Sequence record: LT960552.1
Length of the DNA: 64,000 nt
Strand: one strand, 5' to 3'
Shown: positions 57,624 to 64,000 of the stretch, one piece after another
How the letters are laid out: every line of letters begins with the position of its first letter
Position numbering within the stretch: the stretch's first letter is position 1
Notes under the pieces: model-generated
What the model was told of the DNA's origin: nothing
What the model saw: the letters and a program-made list of their open reading frames with translations, nothing else
Databases searched by the model: none
Made by a program: the position numbers and the translations under genes

Positions 57624-58101
57624 TGTTCGTTTAGATCTGAATGCTGTTGTTTATGCTATAAACTGCGGCACAGACATTACTTATATCCAGCTTAATGAGC
57701 AAGATGAAGTTGAACGATTGAAGTTCAATGATAATTGTAAAAAATTTGGACTTACTGAACGTATGCTAGATTATAAAATAGAACATGATAAAAATCATGA
57801 ACTATGGAGATATGATCCAGTATATGATAAAATCAACTTAGAAGATTATTTCCTTTCTTTATGTAGTACTGATGTTGAACGTGATCGAGTACTATATGAA
57901 TTAGGATTGTATGAAAATTATAATATGACCAAACTATTAAGATGTATGATATGGTTGGTAGATTATCTTGACGAACATAATATTTTTTGGGGATTAGGTC
58001 GTGGAAGTTCAGTAAGCAGCTTTTGTTTGTATTTGATTGGATTACATTTGGTTGATTCAGTGAAATACGAATTAGATGTGAACGAATTTTTGAAATGGTA
58101 A
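57562..58101 (+). CDS. DnaE (Pol III alpha)-like fragment, N-half
   Basis: DRVLYEL...NIFWGLGRGSSVSSFCLYLIGLHLVDSVKYELDVNEFLK aligns with DnaE ERLETEL...[39 protein letters not shown]; the true start may be 57571 or 57583. Confidence 0.85.
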   Translation: MTKMIKIMKIQKNRTISEDGDVRLDLNAVVYAINCGTDITYIQLNEQDEVERLKFNDNCKKFGLTERMLDYKIEHDKNHELWRYDPVYDKINLEDYFLSLCSTDVERDRVLYELGLYENYNMTKLLRCMIWLVDYLDEHNIFWGLGRGSSVSSFCLYLIGLHLVDSVKYELDVNEFLKW

Positions 58102-58119
58102 AAAAAATTATGGTATAAT
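58091..58119 (+). promoter_or_regulatory. TGRAAY-class extended -10 promoter
   Basis: TGAAAT-N17-TATAAT with TGG. Confidence 0.7.
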
Positions 58120-58150
58120 ATACTAGAAGTACAGTTAAAAAGGGATTTTT

Positions 58151-58531
58151 ATGAAGAAACATACTAGCTATCGCGGTCAAAAAATCGATATGGAAATGTT
58201 GAAATTTCAGCATCAATATAGTGTAGCCGTTGGTAACGCAAACATGAATGCACGTGGTGACATTATTGGTCGCGGCGGCACCGTTGTTAAAAAGCGTGAA
58301 GATTTATTGGCAGAACGTGAACGTGAATTACAAAAACCTGATATCAGTCCAGAACATCAAAGCCACTCAATTGCTCCACAAATGGGCGATCCTATGTCTT
58401 TTGCAGATAATGGATTTGATGATACACAGTTTGAAAGTACTCCAACAGGTGATTATATTGAAGAACCAGTTGAAAAGAAAGTACCAGTAAAACGTGCAAA
58501 AACTAAAGACGCTGATACAGACCAAGAATAA
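58151..58531 (+). CDS. Conserved hypothetical protein
   Basis: RGQKIDM...AVGNANMNARGDIIGRGG. Confidence 0.7.
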   Translation: MKKHTSYRGQKIDMEMLKFQHQYSVAVGNANMNARGDIIGRGGTVVKKREDLLAERERELQKPDISPEHQSHSIAPQMGDPMSFADNGFDDTQFESTPTGDYIEEPVEKKVPVKRAKTKDADTDQE

Positions 58532-58541
58532 GGAAATTAAC

Positions 58542-58862
58542 ATGGAGTCAAAAGTACTTAATGCCTGTAAAGGTAAGGTTTTAGTATCTAACTTAGATTC
58601 AGGTGAACAAGTTTTAAAATCAGGAATTGTCCTTAGAGATGATGATGGTAAAGTACGTGGTGTACATAGTCGATGGGCTAAAGTATATTCAGTAGGTGAA
58701 AATGTTACCGATATCGAAGCTGGTGAATGGATCTTAGTATCTCATGGTAGATGGTCAAGAACTATCACAGTCGAAGGTATCTCATTAAATTTAGTAGATT
58801 ATCCTAAAGGTGTACTTGCAGCATGTAAGGAACGTCCAGATTTTCTTGGATTAGGATATTAA
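58542..58862 (+). CDS. Second, divergent GroES-like co-chaperonin
   Basis: GKVLV...KSGIVL...AKVYSVG...IEAGEWILV; AAGGA RBS before ATG 58542. Confidence 0.7.
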   Translation: MESKVLNACKGKVLVSNLDSGEQVLKSGIVLRDDDGKVRGVHSRWAKVYSVGENVTDIEAGEWILVSHGRWSRTITVEGISLNLVDYPKGVLAACKERPDFLGLGY

Positions 58863-58867
58863 CAAAA

Positions 58868-58897
58868 ATGCTCTGCATATGCAGGGCATTATTTTTT
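58868..58897 (+). terminator. Intrinsic terminator
   Basis: ATGCTCTGCA-TA-TGCAGGGCAT followed by TATTTTTT. Confidence 0.65.
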
Positions 58898-58908
58898 ATG
58901 GGTATAAT

Positions 58909-59208
58909 ATGAGTATAACAATAGATAATAAATTTAATTTTTATGATGTTAAAATAATTTCTTCCAATAAATCTGGTAAATTTTATTTTGAAGTAGTTAA
59001 AAACAGATCTAAAGTGTATGAAGTATCTGATGATTTATTTAAAACTATGCTGGTTTCAGCGTCTATGCAACAAAATAATAAATCGATTGGAGCAAGTACA
59101 AGTACACGTGCAAATTCATTTGAATACTTATTTGATCAATTAGAAATGACCGAAGATATTTTTACAGCACTATTATATCCAGAATGGATAAACGAAAACA
59201 AGGAATAA
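58909..59208 (+). CDS. Hypothetical protein (start uncertain)
   Basis: ORF fills the gap; no clear RBS. Confidence 0.5.
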   Translation: MSITIDNKFNFYDVKIISSNKSGKFYFEVVKNRSKVYEVSDDLFKTMLVSASMQQNNKSIGASTSTRANSFEYLFDQLEMTEDIFTALLYPEWINENKE

Positions 59209-59210
59209 TT

Positions 59211-60161
59211 ATGACAAGTCTATGGACCGAAAAGTACCGACCACAAAATGTTGATGAATATGTATTCAAAAATCCAGCGTTTAAATTAAAGATGGAAGAA
59301 TGGATCAGTACTGGTCAAGTCCCACATATTGGATTTTTTGGACCAGCAGGGACTGGTAAAACTTCTGCCATTAAAGTACTAATTAATGGTTTAATACAAA
59401 ATGGATTTGTTGATTCATTTGATGTTACCATTTTAAATATGTCAGATGAAGGTATTGATGCAGTACGTGAAATCGAAAATGCTGCTAGATTATCTACCAT
59501 TGGTGATTATAGAATCTTCGTACTAGAAGAAATGGAACAAATGGGCTTTAAAGCTCAAGGTTCATTAAAACGTATTATGGAAGACTATCATGAGAATGCT
59601 AGATTTATTCTTACATCAAATGAACCACACAAAATTTTAAAACCAATCATATCTCGTGTACAAACCATTAACATTGAAAAACATGATCAAGATGAATTCA
59701 CTACTAGAATTATTGAAATCCTAATCAATGAAGGTGTAGAGCTAGAAACTGAAGAAAGTTTAGATTTGGTTAATAAGTATATTAAATGTACTTTCCCTGA
59801 TTTCAGAAAAACATTAAACACGTTGCAAAGTTCAGTAGTTGGTGGTAAATTAGTAAAATTAGAAGATTCAGTTGATAGTACTGCAAGTTATAGAGGGGCA
59901 ATTGTAGATGCATTAAAAGCAGGGAATATTAGACAAATGCGTGAACTTATTGTTCAAAATATTCCAGAAGATGAAATTGATGGATTCTTTACATTTTTAT
60001 ATCAAAATGTTGATATGTTCACCAATGACAGTATTAAAGAAATGAAAATAAAAATCAAAATTCGTGATGCTGTAGTAAAACAAGCAAGTGTATCTGATAG
60101 AGAAATGAATTTATCTGCACTTTTATGTGAAGTTGATCTTATTTGTAATGATCAAATGTAA
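59211..60161 (+). CDS. gp44: Clamp-loader AAA+ subunit (T4 gp44/RFC-like)
   Basis: LWTEKYRP, GPAGTGKT, FILTSN, ISRV and PDFRKTLN. Confidence 0.92.
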   Translation: MTSLWTEKYRPQNVDEYVFKNPAFKLKMEEWISTGQVPHIGFFGPAGTGKTSAIKVLINGLIQNGFVDSFDVTILNMSDEGIDAVREIENAARLSTIGDYRIFVLEEMEQMGFKAQGSLKRIMEDYHENARFILTSNEPHKILKPIISRVQTINIEKHDQDEFTTRIIEILINEGVELETEESLDLVNKYIKCTFPDFRKTLNTLQSSVVGGKLVKLEDSVDSTASYRGAIVDALKAGNIRQMRELIVQNIPEDEIDGFFTFLYQNVDMFTNDSIKEMKIKIKIRDAVVKQASVSDREMNLSALLCEVDLICNDQM

Positions 60162-60172
60162 TAGGAAAATAA

Positions 60173-60799
60173 ATGCAAAATATCAAAAAGAAAGCAGTAC
60201 TGTTAGATTGTGATGAAGTACTTTTAAATCACTTAAATGGATTTAAAAAGTATGTTCAAAAATATTATGATATTGAAACAAAAGGTGAACCAATGCAATA
60301 TAACCTACAAGATTGGTTACAATGCGATGGTGAACGAGTTATGGAATTATTGAAGAATTTTAATTTCTACTCATATGAATTTGGGTTACTTGAACCAATG
60401 GATGGTGAAGATACAATAAAATATATGCAACGGTTAAGATTTGAAAATCCTGATGTAGCATTTATTGTTGTAACTAAAAGCGGTACATTTGGTCATGGTG
60501 AAGTACTTCGAAAAGTAAATCTTCATAATGTATTTGGTGATATCTTTGATGATATCATTATCTTAGAGAATTATCAATCTAAACGAAATACATACTTAAA
60601 GTTAATGCAACAATATGATATTATTGCAGTAGTTGATGATCATCTTGATAATATTCATACTGCACAAAAACTTGGTCTTGATACCGTAGTCTATCAATGT
60701 TCTCATAATATTTCAGAAAAGGATAATGATAATTATCTATTTGTTGAATGTTGGATTCAAATGTATTATGAACTTAATAAATTAATCAAAGGTGTATGA
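60173..60799 (+). CDS. HAD-family 5'(3')-deoxyribonucleotidase-like phosphatase
   Basis: LLDCDEVL motif I and VVDDHLDN motif IV. Confidence 0.75.
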   Translation: MQNIKKKAVLLDCDEVLLNHLNGFKKYVQKYYDIETKGEPMQYNLQDWLQCDGERVMELLKNFNFYSYEFGLLEPMDGEDTIKYMQRLRFENPDVAFIVVTKSGTFGHGEVLRKVNLHNVFGDIFDDIIILENYQSKRNTYLKLMQQYDIIAVVDDHLDNIHTAQKLGLDTVVYQCSHNISEKDNDNYLFVECWIQMYYELNKLIKGV

Positions 60800-60876
60800 T
60801 CCCCTTTTTGTATAAGTAAATAAGGTTATATTATTATGTTTCTCTTATGAGAAATAACCTTAAAGGAAAAATATAC

Positions 60877-61437
60877 ATGGATAGTTCACAAGCAATTCAA
60901 AATCTCTATGACCAAGATGGATTATTAGATATCCTTCTTGGTGTTGAAGAATATTTTGATAATATGGATTTGTATGCTTATAAGAACTGGATATATGGTG
61001 AAGTAGTTGAAGGGCCAATCGTTAGTAAGTATTGGGTTGAAATTACATTAAAATTTGATCATCAAACATTTCCAGATCCAGTAGCAACACAAATGTTCGA
61101 AAGACAAGGGACAAAAATCTTCATACGTCCAGATTGGGAAATTTACCCAATTGCACACCCACGTGGTAATGAAGATATGCAAAGCGTATTAGGTAATGGT
61201 TCAAGTATGCGTAAACCTAAAGATGAACGCAAAGCAATCATTTTATATAAATTTCAAATTCCTCGCCGTTTAGTTAATCCTGAAAGTTTCGATGAATATA
61301 AATTAATGGCATCTGATTTTAATAGCAATACAATGCAAGATGATGTGGATGTTCCAGAAAAAGATCCTCAAGACCAAGAATCGATGGAAGGTCAAGATGA
61401 TGATATTCAATTCGATGAAACTCAAGGAGGACTATAA
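60877..61437 (+). CDS. Conserved hypothetical late protein
   Basis: TAAATA at 60817-60822; AAAGGA RBS before ATG 60877. Confidence 0.6.
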   Translation: MDSSQAIQNLYDQDGLLDILLGVEEYFDNMDLYAYKNWIYGEVVEGPIVSKYWVEITLKFDHQTFPDPVATQMFERQGTKIFIRPDWEIYPIAHPRGNEDMQSVLGNGSSMRKPKDERKAIILYKFQIPRRLVNPESFDEYKLMASDFNSNTMQDDVDVPEKDPQDQESMEGQDDDIQFDETQGGL

Positions 61438-62120
61438 TGTCTAAAAGAATTTATGAAAGGGCGTTAAGACCATTAGTACTTAAAGATTTAATACATCCAA
61501 TAATTAGCATTGATGAATATACTCCAAAAATTGATGAAACAAATATTGTAGTACTATTTCAAGTACTTGATAACTTCGATGCAGCATATGATTTAAGTTC
61601 ATTTATAGAACGTTCTCCAGTTGAAGTGGTTGATACTGAGGCGGCTGAAACTCCAAATGTTGATGGTCGATATATGGTATTTGCTGAATTTGAAAGGAAT
61701 GGAGAATTTCCTAATAAACTAATGTCATTGATAAAATCAATTGAAAATATTTGTCCAGATCCTGGTTGGAAATTACAAGTGTATGGCATTAATGATCCTA
61801 TTGATTTAGACATAGACTCTATTACTGATGGAATGGAACTTATTAGTGAAGAAGAATTAAAAGAGTTTTTTGATTTTGCACCAATTAATGTGGAATTTTT
61901 AAAAGAGTCAATTAAATTAAAAAGTATATATGGTTCAGAGTTGCATTACAGTTTAGGTTCTGGTATAGTTGATGAAGATTATATCAAAGGATTATTAAAA
62001 GAAGAAATGACACTAGATGGAACTCGCTTAAGTGCAGTTCTTGGTGAGCATTATGATGTTCTTAGAAGTGGTAAAAATTATATTGTTGGAATTAATGGGC
62101 GATATATCGTATTAAGATAA
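61437..62120 (+). CDS. Conserved hypothetical protein
   Basis: AGGAGG RBS; translationally coupled. Confidence 0.7.
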   Translation: MSKRIYERALRPLVLKDLIHPIISIDEYTPKIDETNIVVLFQVLDNFDAAYDLSSFIERSPVEVVDTEAAETPNVDGRYMVFAEFERNGEFPNKLMSLIKSIENICPDPGWKLQVYGINDPIDLDIDSITDGMELISEEELKEFFDFAPINVEFLKESIKLKSIYGSELHYSLGSGIVDEDYIKGLLKEEMTLDGTRLSAVLGEHYDVLRSGKNYIVGINGRYIVLR

Positions 62121-62914
62121 TGAAAATATATAATATGTTAATTGCACTACATGAAAGTACTAAAACACCTTTACATCAATACGGTAATGTTGGTTTAAGT
62201 AAGAGATTATATGTAAGAACTTACGAAATCAATAGAATTGGTAAAAATTATGATAACATCAATCGTAGTGATGTTGGTACTGAACTGGTTTTAAAAGCAT
62301 ATTTGGCTCGTAAAGTTTATATTAATGAACAATACCTACGAGGTAGGTTTTTAATTGATGAACTATATGAGAAAGAAGTTCAGTTCACTAATGGTTTATG
62401 GAGAATATTCTCAGTTGAAGTCTTTGGGGAATTGCTACCTGAACTACCTGTGCCGACAACATACAAAGAATTACAACATATTTTTGATCATAGTGATGTA
62501 TATAAAGAGTTCAACTTATATACTACAGTTAAAGAAGCAGTTATTCATAATCAAATAGCAGATTCAGACAAATGCGTCAGTATGCGAGATTTTGATTTAT
62601 TTTGCTCATTACCAGGTAGTACTGGTTGGACTTCAATACAACATGGTGCAAGTTTAGTTGATGGTAGAACTGAAGCTCCACAACGATTATTACAAGCATG
62701 TATGGGTATGTACCGATATGAGTTTATAGGTTGCCCTGAACCGTATGAAAATTTTTGGAAAGAACGTGCTTCACTAGCAATGAAAAAAGCTATTGCAATT
62801 TTAGAAAAATCATATATAATAAAATTTAGAAATGGAACGATGTACGGCATGACGCCAGTACCGGAACGATTTGAGCCAATATCGTCCTTCCATTGGAACA
62901 TAAAAAGGACGTGA
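62120..62914 (+). CDS. Hypothetical protein
   Basis: Coupled 264-aa ORF; leader MKIYNMLIALHES. Confidence 0.65.
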   Translation: MKIYNMLIALHESTKTPLHQYGNVGLSKRLYVRTYEINRIGKNYDNINRSDVGTELVLKAYLARKVYINEQYLRGRFLIDELYEKEVQFTNGLWRIFSVEVFGELLPELPVPTTYKELQHIFDHSDVYKEFNLYTTVKEAVIHNQIADSDKCVSMRDFDLFCSLPGSTGWTSIQHGASLVDGRTEAPQRLLQACMGMYRYEFIGCPEPYENFWKERASLAMKKAIAILEKSYIIKFRNGTMYGMTPVPERFEPISSFHWNIKRT

Positions 62915-62934
62915 ATTTATTTTCGTCCTTTTTT
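62902..62934. terminator. Terminator (AAGGACG family)
   Basis: AAAAAGGACG-N12-CGTCCTTTTTT. Confidence 0.7.
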
Positions 62935-62943
62935 ATTTTCTAC

Positions 62944-62972
62944 TTGACAACTGTGTATTTTAAGCGTAACAT
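62944..62972 (+). promoter_or_regulatory. Sigma70 promoter, distal of a tandem pair
   Basis: TTGACA-N17-TAACAT. Confidence 0.55.
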
Positions 62973-63004
62973 GTATCACATGAACACAGCGTATCAAAAA
63001 GTAC

Positions 63005-63033
63005 TTGACAACATGCTGAGTCCAATATATAAT
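63005..63033 (+). promoter_or_regulatory. Perfect-consensus sigma70 (early) promoter
   Basis: TTGACA-N17-TATAAT. Confidence 0.9.
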
Positions 63034-63066
63034 ATTTAGAGACAAAACATCCAAAAGGAAAAAACA

Positions 63067-63633
63067 ATGAAAACTGTAACTTTCGTATACACCCAAGGTA
63101 TTTCTTATAAAGCAACCAACGTTAATGAAATTAACTCTGATGGGTACACAGTAGATTATACTCGTCAGGTACAAAACGAATCTGGTACAGTTGTAGGGGG
63201 CGATTTTCGTTCAGTCAGTACTGAAGATTTGTTGTATGCTATTGTAAAAGACCATAGTACTGGTATTGTATCAATCATTCCTGGTATCTATGATAATTTT
63301 GATGTGGTGCCTAAAGGTAATGCAGTAACTCGTCAAGAAAACATCGATCGTGAAGCTGAAGACGTTGCTTATGCTCGTGCACTAAAAGCACCAGAACGTG
63401 CAGCAAAAGAACAAGCTAAATTCGAAGCTCGTCGTTTAGCACGTAAAGCAGCATGGGAAGCTAATAATGGGACTACTGAACCAACAGTACCAGTTGAGCG
63501 TTTTCAAACTGCTATTGATACACGAGTAACTCAAAAAGTTTCTGCACTCAGTTCTGCTGTTGAGCAATTGATTTCGGCTGGTGTGTCTGAATCTGATATC
63601 GAAGTACTTAAATCATTAAATGTATTAAAATAA
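63067..63633 (+). CDS. Probable early protein, hypothetical
   Basis: AAGGA RBS downstream of the consensus promoter. Confidence 0.75.
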   Translation: MKTVTFVYTQGISYKATNVNEINSDGYTVDYTRQVQNESGTVVGGDFRSVSTEDLLYAIVKDHSTGIVSIIPGIYDNFDVVPKGNAVTRQENIDREAEDVAYARALKAPERAAKEQAKFEARRLARKAAWEANNGTTEPTVPVERFQTAIDTRVTQKVSALSSAVEQLISAGVSESDIEVLKSLNVLK

Positions 63634-63662
63634 TTTGACATTCAATTAAAAAAGGATATATA

Positions 63663-63863
63663 ATGGAAACCGGAAAATACATCGTAGTATCACGTGATAA
63701 ATCCACTCGTCGCTGTTCAATGTCAGCAACACCAATTGAACATGCAACTGAGGCTTTGGCTAAAGCTGAAGCAGCACGGTTAGCACAAAATAACCAAGAA
63801 AAAGATTTTACTGTGTTGCGTGTTACTGCAACAGCATCCGTTGATAAAGTTACTTGGCGTTAA
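63663..63863 (+). CDS. Small probable early protein
   Basis: AAGGA RBS, 66 aa. Confidence 0.7.
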   Translation: METGKYIVVSRDKSTRRCSMSATPIEHATEALAKAEAARLAQNNQEKDFTVLRVTATASVDKVTWR

Positions 63864-63870
63864 ATTTCAT

Positions 63871-63898
63871 GGGGAGTTAACATAACTCCCCAATTTTT
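63871..63898 (+). terminator. Intrinsic terminator
   Basis: GGGGAGTTA-ACA-TAACTCCCC followed by AATTTTT. Confidence 0.7.
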
Positions 63899-63924
63899 AA
63901 GTTATATTAGCGAGATTAAAAATC

Positions 63925-64000
63925 ATGAAAGGCAAATATTTTTTCAAAGATGAAAATGGTTTTCCAGTCGAGATTCAAGAATTTGATTATGAATATGTTC
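63925..64000 (+). CDS. 3'-truncated ORF (MKGKYFFKDENGFPVEIQEFDYEYV...)
   Basis: ATG at 63925; open to the end of the window. Confidence 0.5.
   Translation, partial: MKGKYFFKDENGFPVEIQEFDYEYV

Noticed and set aside
58880-58908. Thirteenth TGRAAY promoter before 58909
   Set aside because: GGTATAAT is present, but the -35 position reads TGCAGG inside a terminator stem and the -10 abuts the ATG.
63635-63664. Sigma70 promoter for the 63663 gene
   Set aside because: TTGACA is present, but TATAAT is at 18-nt spacing and overlaps the start codon, so it cannot serve that gene.

Overview
This window is 64 kb of an AT-rich (about 30% GC by eye) lytic jumbo myophage of the T4 superfamily. Its gene content resembles the RaK2/GAP32/PBECO4-type enterobacterial jumbo phages; that assignment is inferred from gene content, not from a database search. 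Replication and recombination genes include a family B DNA polymerase, probable sliding clamp, clamp loader, gp32, UvsX/Y/W, primase, helicase, Dda, RNase H-type enzymes and topoisomerase II. Nucleotide metabolism genes include nrdA/B, DHFR, a MazG-like enzyme and a HAD nucleotidase. The window also has the terminase large subunit, a tail fibre end plus adhesin-like gene, probable head/baseplate proteins, two GroES homologues, IF3 and a ClpS-like protein. I saw no tRNA, CRISPR array, intron, intein or IS element. Main observations: (1) a miniaturised DnaE (Pol III alpha) catalytic core split into two genes about 33 kb apart; (2) window-wide enrichment of the palindrome AGTACT (about 125 copies by manual count); (3) twelve copies of a TGRAAY-N17-TATAAT extended -10 promoter in front of replication operons, distinct from the TTGACA and TAAATA promoter classes; (4) a degenerate terminase-ATPase paralogue directly upstream of terL; (5) probable capsid-packaged HExxH metallopeptidase paralogues; (6) a tandem pair of T4 holin-T-like genes; (7) late promoters sitting in hairpin loops.
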